Source: an uncultured Nitrososphaerota archaeon (GTDB taxonomy: Archaea; Thermoproteota; CAYNNH01). Taken from it: DNA of 31,507 nt. Location: contig CAYNNH010000006.1 of assembly GCA_964398605.1 (NCBI GenBank), positions 1-31,507 on the forward strand, written 5' to 3'. Below, piece after piece: positions 8,149-14,980 of the stretch (position 1 is the first letter of the stretch; each line of letters opens with the position of its first letter). The translations under genes and the position numbers were made by a program. The notes beneath the pieces are model-generated. The model did not search any database. It was given only the letters and a program-made list of their open reading frames with translations, and was not told the origin of the DNA.

Positions 8149-8222
8149 TGGTAGCCGGGGGGAGATTCGAACTCCCGCCAGCGGGGCCAAGGCCCGCTAT
8201 GCTTCCCCTACACCACCCGGCT
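8149..8222 (-). tRNA. tRNA-Gln (anticodon UUG), 74 nt including encoded CCA; unusual C at position 33
   Basis: Cloverleaf: AGCCGGG-TG-GTGT-AGGGGAA-GCAT-A-GCGGG-CCTTGGC-CCCGC-TGGC-GGGAG-TTCGAAT-CTCCC-CCCGGCT-A-CCA. It has the A1-U72 pair and overall layout I recall for archaeal tRNA-Gln. Confidence 0.85.
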
Positions 8223-8245
8223 TCATAAGAGTATGTCGAGGCGAT

Positions 8246-8689
8246 TTAAATCAAAAGAAAACTCCCCTTCAAGCGTCGGTAAATTCCCTTCAAAAAAGCG
8301 AAGGCTTTTTCAAAAGAATCGCCCAACCAAAGCAAGTGCGACGGGCACGTGCGGCAATCCGAAGACCCCAACGACCTTCGAACGACTTTCGCATGCTTCA
8401 AGATTTCCCGATTTATGGAGCACTCCATTTTTTCATCGCTTACGACGAAGAATACGGCCCTTATTCGCGAAAAAGGAAGAATGTAGTCTATATGCCACTT
8501 CAAACGCTTCTCTTTTCTGAGATGGCGGAGTATTCTCGCTCTCAAGCCGCCTGATCCAAACGCCGATCCCGTGTATGCGTAAAAGCCGCTCGGGAAAGAA
8601 ACGATGCCTAGGGAGCCCACTTTTATCCGAATAGGTTTCGGTAGCTCGAAGAGTATGGTATAAGAACCGTTCCGGTCGGGGATCTTCAC
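8246..8689 (-). CDS. GIY-YIG-superfamily DUF123 domain protein
   Basis: 147-aa ORF with 'GFYAYTGSAFGSGGLRARILRHLRKEKRLKWHIDYIL', the signature I associate with DUF123. The start overlaps the Trm112 stop by 4 nt. Confidence 0.78.
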   Translation of the reverse strand: MKIPDRNGSYTILFELPKPIRIKVGSLGIVSFPSGFYAYTGSAFGSGGLRARILRHLRKEKRLKWHIDYILPFSRIRAVFFVVSDEKMECSINREILKHAKVVRRSLGSSDCRTCPSHLLWLGDSFEKAFAFLKGIYRRLKGSFLLI

Positions 8690-8955
8690 TTCAGGTTGAA
8701 GGGCTTCCCTTTCTCGAGGATTTCACGCGGTATTTTGTCCTTCCACTTCTTCAGGAAAGCGATATCTTCCTCCTTATCCCTTAAATCGTCGGGCAAGAGA
8801 CAAGGGAATTCGTCGATAATGGGGTACCACCTGAGACATTCGCGACAGATCAGTATTCCGCTCACGATCTCCTCTTTCTCTTCAAAGACTATGAGCTCCA
8901 AAGGATGGTGTTTGCACATGGGGCACGCGAGTATGTCGAGCAAGGATCGCTTCAT
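8686..8955 (-). CDS. Trm112-family zinc-ribbon protein (methyltransferase activator-like)
   Basis: 89-aa ORF beginning 'LLDILACPMCKHHPLEL' and continuing '...CRECLRWYPIIDEFPCLLPD', the typical Trm112/DUF343 pattern. Confidence 0.8.
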   Translation of the reverse strand: MKRSLLDILACPMCKHHPLELIVFEEKEEIVSGILICRECLRWYPIIDEFPCLLPDDLRDKEEDIAFLKKWKDKIPREILEKGKPFNLK

Positions 8956-8983
8956 CTTTGGTGTAAGGGTGGCGAATATGGAG

Positions 8984-10126
8984 TTAACGGAGGAGCGTCC
9001 CCTTTATGACGCTACCTTCGCCAACTCTGATGCTTGGCCATATGCGGCTCCCCTTGGTTACCTTCGTTCGGGAGCCTATGGTGCACTCCGGGCCTATAAT
9101 GGCCATTTCCTCCACCTCTACGCGGTCCCCCAAGCAACAACCTTCTGCGACAACGCAATTGTCCAACTTCGCTTTCTCCCCCACCGACACGTACTCGAAT
9201 ATGGCGCTCCCCTTGATTTCGGAGTTAGGCCCAATCTTAGTCCCGGAACCCACGGTCGTTCCCGGGCCTATCCAGCATCCGTTCTCTATCCTCGCCTTCG
9301 CCCCTATGAAAGCGGGCCCCTCTATCACGCAATCGTCTCCTATCACGGCGCCAGCTTCCACGCGGACGTTCCCCCGGATTTCCGCATTTCCTATGGAGGC
9401 CTTCTCGGATACCCGCCGCGTCTGTTTGGAAAGTATCCAATCCTTGGCCGCCATATACCCAGGAAGAGAACCTATGTCGACCCAGAATTCGTCGGTTTCG
9501 TACGCGTATAGCTCGTAGCCTTCCTTCAGCAACAACGGAAATAGATCCTTCGCAAAGTCAAATTCCCTGCCTTCGGGCACGTAGTCCAGCGCTTCGGGCT
9601 CTATCACGTAAAGTCCAACGCTTACCAAGTTACTGAAGCACTCCTCCGGCGGGGGCTTTTCCTTGAAACGGACGATTCGCTTGCGTTCATCAACTTCGAC
9701 TACGCCGTACCGCCAAGGTTCTTCGACGGGCTTGACGGCGAGAGTGGCGATTCCTCCTTTACGCTTGTGGTATTTCATCTCCTCGGCGAGGCTTATGCTC
9801 GTTATGTTGTCCCCTTGGATGACGGCGAAGGTCTCGGTAGCGAACTTTCTAGCCTTCTTCACGCCTCCAGCCGTCCCTAATGGAATTTCTTCACGTGAAT
9901 AGTAAATCCGGACTCCGTAGCGCGAACCGTCTCCAAAATAGTTCTCGATTTGCGTGTAGAGATAGCTCGTGGTCACAACGATTCGTTCGAAGCCTTGGGA
10001 CGCCAGAGAAGAAATGATGTAATGGAGTATGGGGCGGTCGGCTATGGGGACCATGGGCTTGGGACGGGTATAGGTGAGGGGGCGCAGGCGAGTCCCGTAG
10101 CCTCCAGCGAGGACGAACGCGAGCAT
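8984..10126 (-). CDS. Sugar-1-phosphate nucleotidyltransferase with a C-terminal left-handed beta-helix (possibly a bifunctional acetyltransferase, GlmU/ST0452-like)
   Basis: The N-terminal 'LAGGYGTRLRPLTYTRPKPMVPI' is the GxGTRLxPLT motif. The C-terminal third consists of hexapeptide-like repeats (IGDDCVIEGPAFIGAKARIENGCWIGPGTTVGSGTKIGPNSEI...). The ATG overlaps the upstream stop (TAATG). Confidence 0.88.
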   Translation of the reverse strand: MLAFVLAGGYGTRLRPLTYTRPKPMVPIADRPILHYIISSLASQGFERIVVTTSYLYTQIENYFGDGSRYGVRIYYSREEIPLGTAGGVKKARKFATETFAVIQGDNITSISLAEEMKYHKRKGGIATLAVKPVEEPWRYGVVEVDERKRIVRFKEKPPPEECFSNLVSVGLYVIEPEALDYVPEGREFDFAKDLFPLLLKEGYELYAYETDEFWVDIGSLPGYMAAKDWILSKQTRRVSEKASIGNAEIRGNVRVEAGAVIGDDCVIEGPAFIGAKARIENGCWIGPGTTVGSGTKIGPNSEIKGSAIFEYVSVGEKAKLDNCVVAEGCCLGDRVEVEEMAIIGPECTIGSRTKVTKGSRIWPSIRVGEGSVIKGTLLR

Positions 10127-11067
10127 TACTCGAACGATAGGTCGACGGGGATTCCTTCGCGTCCTGACTTCAGAGCTGCTTCCGCTATTTCCAAAGCCCT
10201 TAAACCATCTATCCCGCTCGCAAGGGGCGTTTTATTTTTCGAAACGCAATCGGCGAAGTGCTCCAGTTCTATTTTCAGGGGTTCCTTCCAAGGCCTCAGG
10301 AAGTTGGTTATCTTCTCCGAGTCGGCTAGCGAAACCGATTGAGTTATGTAGTCGAGCGTTATGATTCCCTCGCTCCCCGTCACGATGAGCTTACGCACTT
10401 TGTAGGGAGTTAGCCAATTGGTCTCGATAAACACGGTCGTCCTCGGGAAGCTGAGCATGATCTCGGCATAATCTTCGTACTTGTGCTTCAGGGAGCCCAC
10501 TCGCGCGTACACTCGGTAAGGTTCCCCCAAGATGAAGCGAGCGATGTCTATCTCGTGTATGGCGAGGTCCTTGACCACCCCGACATCTCCCACGCGTTCG
10601 GGCCACCAGGAAACCCTCCGTGCAGTCACCAAAAGCGGAGTCCCTATTTTACTTCCTTCGACGAGTTCTTTTACGAGTGAAACGCCTGGGTTGAACCGCT
10701 CGATGAATCCCACCATGAGCACTAAGTCTTCCCTTTCAGCCGCTTCGACTATTTTGCGGGCATCTTCCGACGTCGTCGCCATGGGTTTCTCGACGAGCAA
10801 GTGCTTCCCGTATTTGATGACCTCCAACGCTATGGAAGCGTGTGTGGCGCTGGGGGTGCATATCGTCACAGCGTCCACTTCGGGATCTTTTAGAACCTCA
10901 CGGTAATCCGTGCACCATTTACAGCCGTAAAGCTCGCCCACATATTTCGCTCTATCTTTGTTGATGTCACAAACGCTAACTAGGCGGGCGTTATTCAGCT
11001 CCCTAATTACCCTAGCGTGGTTCTTCCCCCATATTCCCACGCCTATGACGGATATTCCGACGGTCAT
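10126..11067 (-). CDS. Gfo/Idh/MocA-family NAD(P)-dependent sugar oxidoreductase (UDP-sugar 3-dehydrogenase-like)
   Basis: Has the Rossmann N-terminus 'ISVIGVGIWGKNHARV', the 'LLVEKPMA' (EKP) motif and a C-terminal alpha/beta domain. ATG 11067 forms an ATGA overlap with the upstream stop. The ORF-track GTG 11073 is the alternative. Confidence 0.87.
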   Translation of the reverse strand: MTVGISVIGVGIWGKNHARVIRELNNARLVSVCDINKDRAKYVGELYGCKWCTDYREVLKDPEVDAVTICTPSATHASIALEVIKYGKHLLVEKPMATTSEDARKIVEAAEREDLVLMVGFIERFNPGVSLVKELVEGSKIGTPLLVTARRVSWWPERVGDVGVVKDLAIHEIDIARFILGEPYRVYARVGSLKHKYEDYAEIMLSFPRTTVFIETNWLTPYKVRKLIVTGSEGIITLDYITQSVSLADSEKITNFLRPWKEPLKIELEHFADCVSKNKTPLASGIDGLRALEIAEAALKSGREGIPVDLSFE

Positions 11068-12251
11068 TCCCACGGGGACGCGTACTCTAGACCTAACTTC
11101 TTGATGACATCGTTATTAATAAAACCAGTGCAGTCAACGAGAACCTTACTCGCGTCTTTGGGAAGCCTAACGGAACTTAGGCACCGTTTCACCGATTCAT
11201 CCCAGGACGTAAGCACTATAACGTCGGTTTCGGCCAAGACATCCCTCAATTTCCAAGTTTTTCTTTTCTTGCTGTAGAAGCTTTCCGTTAGGTCGTATAC
11301 GTAAGTTCTAACACCTTTTTTAGCGAGGGATTCGGTTATCTTCGAAAGGAAGTTGCTGCGCTTGCCAATTACGCAAACGCTGGAGGACTTTCTCTTTTTA
11401 ACTTGTTTCATGATCATTGACACCGCTTTCTGCGAGCATTTTTCCAAAAACTTCGTCGCATAGCTTAAGGTAGGGGCTTTGCGCTTCTTAATTTCCCTTA
11501 GGATGTGCGGGGATAGCGGGAGGTCGTCGAACGACGGGTAAGGGAGGTCTAGGTAGGATGCAGCTTGCAGGATTTCCTTGCGTTCTGCCTTGAAGGCCTG
11601 TGACAAATTAAGGAAATCAAGTGCAAGAGCGGAACAGACCGCCTTAGCAAATAAGGGCAAAGATTCGAGCATTTCTAGGGAGCGGCTGTTCTTGAGGAAT
11701 AAAATCGATAATCCTATTTTCCTCAAAAGAGAGCTGAGCTTTTTACGGCTTTTCTCGTGAGGTGACCAAGCTACTGTCCGTTCCTCCTTAAGGAGGTTCA
11801 GTGGAAGATAGGCAAAATGGATATCTTCACCGACAGTGAGGGGGCTATGGTCGGAGAAATCCCCATACAAGCGTTCCACGAAGCCCGGTCGGATACTAAA
11901 AGTAACGCAGAAAAGCGAACCCTCAGACATTCCTTCCGCGAAGAACTTAGTGATGTTGCGTACGCTAACTTCGCTGGGGGGCTCTCCGCCGAAAAAATTG
12001 CATAGAAAAACGTATTCGGCTTCGAAAGCGTTCTCCATGTTCGAGGAAAGAACGATGGTTTCTTTGCGCAACATCTTGCGCAATTGCCGCCTTAAAGGAT
12101 CCTTAGACCTCGTTTGGAGTTCGCGCAAAACGTAAGGATCGGGATCGGTTATGAGAATCCGCTTGAGCCCGGAGAGCTTCAAAGCGAAAGAAAGAGATTG
12201 TTCGTTAACTCCTACTAGAGCCGCTTCGCAAAAACTCCTCTCCACGAGCAT
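11064..12251 (-). CDS. Hypothetical protein, distantly UDP-glucose/GDP-mannose-dehydrogenase-like with degenerate motifs
   Basis: 395-aa ORF laid out in three parts like nucleotide-sugar dehydrogenases: an N-terminal Rossmann-like segment 'ALVGVNEQSLSFALKL', a central helical part, and a C-terminal 'VCVIGKRSNF...KKGVRTYVYDL...ETDVIVLTSWDE' resembling the UDP-binding domain. The GxGxxG loop and the catalytic-Cys motif are not recognisable. Confidence 0.6.
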   Translation of the reverse strand: MLVERSFCEAALVGVNEQSLSFALKLSGLKRILITDPDPYVLRELQTRSKDPLRRQLRKMLRKETIVLSSNMENAFEAEYVFLCNFFGGEPPSEVSVRNITKFFAEGMSEGSLFCVTFSIRPGFVERLYGDFSDHSPLTVGEDIHFAYLPLNLLKEERTVAWSPHEKSRKKLSSLLRKIGLSILFLKNSRSLEMLESLPLFAKAVCSALALDFLNLSQAFKAERKEILQAASYLDLPYPSFDDLPLSPHILREIKKRKAPTLSYATKFLEKCSQKAVSMIMKQVKKRKSSSVCVIGKRSNFLSKITESLAKKGVRTYVYDLTESFYSKKRKTWKLRDVLAETDVIVLTSWDESVKRCLSSVRLPKDASKVLVDCTGFINNDVIKKLGLEYASPWE

Positions 12252-12280
12252 AGAAATAATGGTTGCTTATTTGGAAATTG

Positions 12281-13369
12281 ATGAAGGTTTGGATCGACGT
12301 GCTCACGCCGAAGCAGGCCAGATTCTTTTCCGCGGTAATTCCCATTCTGGAAAAGAGGGGGGAAGAAGTCGTTATCACGACGAGGAAGTACCGAGAAGCC
12401 AACCAGATGTTGGAACTCCTTGGAATTGAAGCAAGGATCGTGGGCGAACACGGAGGGGGTAGTTTGTACGGCAAATTAACAGCCAGCGCTCGAAGAATTC
12501 TTGGACTTGCAGAATTCGCGATGGATGAAAAGCCGGACGTGTGTTTAGCCTTCGCTTCCGTCGAAGCATCGAGAGTCGCGTTCGGATTGGGCATCCCTCT
12601 CGTCCTCGCGAACAACTCCCCTCACTCAACAGCCGTTGCGAAGTTGACCGTTCCTTTAGCGACCAAACTGCTCACGCCGTATTTCATTCCGAAAGAAGAA
12701 TGGATCCGCTTCGGCATACGGGAAGAGGACATTATCCACTATCGGGCGGCCGACGAAGCTGCCTGGTTGAAGCGTTACAAGCCCAATAAGAGGGTTTTGG
12801 AAGAGCTGAACCTAGAAGAGCGATCTTATGTGGTTGTAAGGGCGGAGGAGAGCTTTGCGGCGTATTTGCTGGGGAAGGTAAGCGATGAGGAGCCCATAGT
12901 AGGAAGGGTCATGGAAGAGTTCTTCAAGCTTGCCAAAGAACCGCCAAAGATGGTGGTCTTAACCCGCTACGGCAAGCAAGGTCCCGTCATTAAGGAGAAA
13001 TTCGGGGAGAAGGTCATCGTGCCGGAACGCGTCGTAGAAGGGCTTGATTTGCTTTATTACGCTATAGCTTTCGTCGGGGCTGGAGGAACCATGTCCTACG
13101 AGGCCGCGCTCATGGGGGTTCCCACGATATCCTGCTTCCCTCTTCCTCCACCCTACACGGAGAAGTTCCTCATTGAACGAGGCCTCATCCTGAGAGAAAC
13201 GAAGCCTAGCAAAGTTGCTCGGTTGTTATTGGACATCATCGAGAGGCCGGAGGCTTACCGAAAGGAGAAGGAGGCTAAGCGTTTGCTCGACGAAATGGAG
13301 GACCCAGCCATCAAGATAGCTGATGTCGTTGAAGAAGTCGGGAAGAGCGTTTGTAGTAAGCCAGCGTAA
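12281..13369 (+). CDS. DUF354 domain protein (GT-B/epimerase-like fold, archaeal glycan clusters)
   Basis: The N-terminus 'MKVWIDVLTPKQARFFSAVIPILEKRGEEVVITTRKY' and the C-terminal 'FVGAGGTMSYEAALMGVPTIS' are typical of DUF354 as I remember it. I prefer ATG 12281 over the ORF-track start at 12263. Confidence 0.78.
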   Translation: MKVWIDVLTPKQARFFSAVIPILEKRGEEVVITTRKYREANQMLELLGIEARIVGEHGGGSLYGKLTASARRILGLAEFAMDEKPDVCLAFASVEASRVAFGLGIPLVLANNSPHSTAVAKLTVPLATKLLTPYFIPKEEWIRFGIREEDIIHYRAADEAAWLKRYKPNKRVLEELNLEERSYVVVRAEESFAAYLLGKVSDEEPIVGRVMEEFFKLAKEPPKMVVLTRYGKQGPVIKEKFGEKVIVPERVVEGLDLLYYAIAFVGAGGTMSYEAALMGVPTISCFPLPPPYTEKFLIERGLILRETKPSKVARLLLDIIERPEAYRKEKEAKRLLDEMEDPAIKIADVVEEVGKSVCSKPA

Positions 13370-13565
13370 GCTTCCACCAGCCCCAAAGCCACAAGATGGC
13401 AAGGAACGCGGCAATTATCACCTTGAGAATTCCGCCCAGCGCCCTCATGGCAAAGGAGGAGTCTAAGGCGATCCGGGCGACGAATGTCAACACGGTCGCG
13501 AGTAAGAGGAGCATGCTTCCCCAGACGACAAACATTATGCCGAATAAGGAAAGCGTTCGCTTCAT
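13311..13565 (-). CDS. Small two-TM membrane protein (hypothetical)
   Basis: 84 aa from ATG 13565, which forms an ATGA overlap with the stop of the upstream GT4 gene. It has two strongly hydrophobic helices. The ORF-track start 13667 lies inside the upstream gene. The 3' end overlaps the convergent DUF354 gene by 59 nt. Confidence 0.5.
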   Translation of the reverse strand: MKRTLSLFGIMFVVWGSMLLLLATVLTFVARIALDSSFAMRALGGILKVIIAAFLAILWLWGWWKLTLAYYKRSSRLLQRHQLS

Positions 13566-14557
13566 GCGAGTATAAGAAAAGTGGTTAATATCGCCAACAG
13601 ACCCGCCAACGCGGACAGGACCATCATGCGTTTCACGACCTCTGACTCCGTCAATGGGGATTCGCACACGAGAAGCCTCACGAGGGTTATCGGAGCATGA
13701 GGATTAGCGCTGTCGATCAAAAAGCCATCCTGAAAAACTACCGGACGGTGCCTTATTTCGCGGCGTTCTCTTAAACCCTTCACGCTCGTGAGAATCCAGA
13801 ATCCGTTCATAATGTACGGCATGAAAGCTACCACGCCTATTATGTCCAGCCTCGTCGTGATCACGGCCGCCCCGAAAGCGGCGCCCATCCCCAACGAACC
13901 TACATCGCCGGAAAACGCAGATGCTGGATACCGATTGTAATGATAAAAACCGAAGAATGATGCGGACAAGCACAGAAAGATGATCAAGCCCTCTATCCTC
14001 CCCAGCAAAATGGAGCAGATGGCGAGGAAGAAACAAGTAATCCCCATGGAGCCCGGCATGGATCCGTTCAGGACATCATACATGTTCGTCGCGTTCGAAG
14101 TCACGGCGATGGCTACGGGGATGATGAACGGGTAAATGTACGTGAGCCTAGCTCGCCCTACGAAGGGCAGATAAGGACGTGGTGAGTAGGCGGATAGGAG
14201 CAATATGGGAATTCCGCCTAGAGCGGGCAAGCACGCCTTGAAGATCGGGTTTAGGCAGTAGAGGTCGTCCACAAGGCCAATTAATGCGACGATAACGGTC
14301 GATAGAGCTATTGCGACGAATATATCGGAATATTGCGGAAAAAGAAAGGCGCTTAATCCTAAGGAACATAACAAGGATATGACCATGGCTATTCCGCACA
14401 TCTCCGGCACCACAGGCTTGGGAGGGGGCTTATGGACATCGAGGCCCGTTATGCCGTGCTTGCGCATGAAATCAGCTAACAAGGGCGTTAGGAGTAGGCA
14501 GAGTAGGAAGGCAAGCAGTGCGGGGAGTACTTCCAGCATCATCGAATAATAGGCCAC
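13562..14557 (-). CDS. Glycosyltransferase family 4 polyprenyl-phosphate HexNAc-1-phosphate transferase (AglH/WecA/MraY-like)
   Basis: Polytopic membrane ORF with 'LIGLVDDLYCL', 'VTSNATNMYDVLNGS' and 'FSGDVGSLGMGAAF' motifs of the MraY/WecA/AglH family. The start is GTG 14557; alternative ATGs lie at 14542 and 14539. Confidence 0.87.
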   Translation of the reverse strand: MAYYSMMLEVLPALLAFLLCLLLTPLLADFMRKHGITGLDVHKPPPKPVVPEMCGIAMVISLLCSLGLSAFLFPQYSDIFVAIALSTVIVALIGLVDDLYCLNPIFKACLPALGGIPILLLSAYSPRPYLPFVGRARLTYIYPFIIPVAIAVTSNATNMYDVLNGSMPGSMGITCFFLAICSILLGRIEGLIIFLCLSASFFGFYHYNRYPASAFSGDVGSLGMGAAFGAAVITTRLDIIGVVAFMPYIMNGFWILTSVKGLRERREIRHRPVVFQDGFLIDSANPHAPITLVRLLVCESPLTESEVVKRMMVLSALAGLLAILTTFLILA

Positions 14558-14587
14558 ATATTATTCCATTCTCGGCGCGGTGTAGCA

Positions 14588-14659
14588 AGCCCCGGGCGGG
14601 ATTCGAACCCGCGACCAACGGCTTACAAGGCCGTCGCTCTGCCGCTGAGCTACCGGGGC
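14588..14659 (-). tRNA. tRNA-Thr (anticodon UGU), 72 nt, CCA not encoded
   Basis: Cloverleaf: GCCCCGG-TA-GCTC-AGCGGCA-GAGC-G-ACGGC-CTTGTAA-GCCGT-TGGTC-GCGGG-TTCGAAT-CCCGC-CCGGGGC-T. Confidence 0.93.
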
Positions 14660-14729
14660 ACAATTAAGTTCTCGTTTCCCAATATAGGCCGTTTGTAAGA
14701 CTTAAGAGCGAAGAATCTACTATCTACGA

Positions 14730-14802
14730 GGGCCCGTAGCTCAGCTGGTAGAGCACCGGGCTCATAACCCGGGGGTCAGGGGTTCGAATCCCCTCGGGCC
14801 CA
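14730..14802 (+). tRNA. tRNA with CAU anticodon. Probably tRNA-Ile2 (agmatidine-modified); elongator tRNA-Met not excluded.
   Basis: Cloverleaf: GGGCCCG-TA-GCTC-AGCTGGTA-GAGC-A-CCGGG-CTCATAA-CCCGG-GGGTC-AGGGG-TTCGAAT-CCCCT-CGGGCCC-A. The GGGCCC acceptor resembles archaeal tRNA-Ile rather than the GCC... elongator Met sequences I recall. A tiaS gene is present in the window. Confidence 0.88.
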
Positions 14803-14845
14803 TTAAATTATCACTTATCGTTCTCAAACGCGAGAACTCAGCTTT

Positions 14846-14920
14846 TGGTAGCGGGGGGAGGATTCGAACCTCCGACCTCCGGGTTATGAGCCCGGCGAGA
14901 TACCACTTCTCCACCCCGCT
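14846..14920 (-). tRNA. Initiator tRNA-Met (anticodon CAU), 75 nt including encoded CCA
   Basis: Cloverleaf: AGCGGGG-TG-GAGA-AGTGGTA-TCTC-G-CCGGG-CTCATAA-CCCGG-AGGTC-GGAGG-TTCGAAT-CCTCC-CCCCGCT-A-CCA. The A1-U72 pair and three G-C pairs closing the anticodon stem are archaeal initiator hallmarks. Confidence 0.9.
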
Positions 14921-14980
14921 CCGTCTAAACTTACGAACATGCCTTAAAAACCTTGATGTAAGCGTAAAAAGGCATCCGCT

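Noticed and set aside
7968-8228. 86-aa ORF covering the 5S rRNA and tRNA-Gln. The 63-aa ORF at 14472-14663 similarly covers tRNA-Thr.
   Set aside because: These regions fold into canonical structural RNAs. The ORFs are incidental.
8696-9511. 271-aa ORF antisense to the Trm112 and nucleotidyltransferase genes
   Set aside because: It spans two real genes plus their intergenic spacer on the other strand. The sequence is low-complexity and Ser/Arg/Pro-rich. I see no independent support for it.
14590-14614. About 25-nt segment (GGTCGCGGGTTCGAATCCCGCCCGG) identical between tRNA-Thr and tRNA-Ala (21968-21992), considered as a possible att-site or integration scar
   Set aside because: The identity is confined to the T arm and the acceptor 3' strand of two complete, different tRNAs. 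No partial tRNA copy, integrase or foreign-looking genes lie between or beside them.
14820-14837. 6-bp hairpin GTTCTC-aaacgc-GAGAAC in the 43-nt spacer between the convergent tRNAs (possible bidirectional terminator)
   Set aside because: The stem is short and flanking oligo-T tracts are only modest. Archaeal termination does not require hairpins. The evidence is too weak to call.
14756-14895. 17-nt inverted repeat CCGGGCTCATAACCCGG (14756-14772) / CCGGGTTATGAGCCCGG (14879-14895)
   Set aside because: These are simply the identical anticodon arms of two convergent CAU tRNAs, not an independent structural element.
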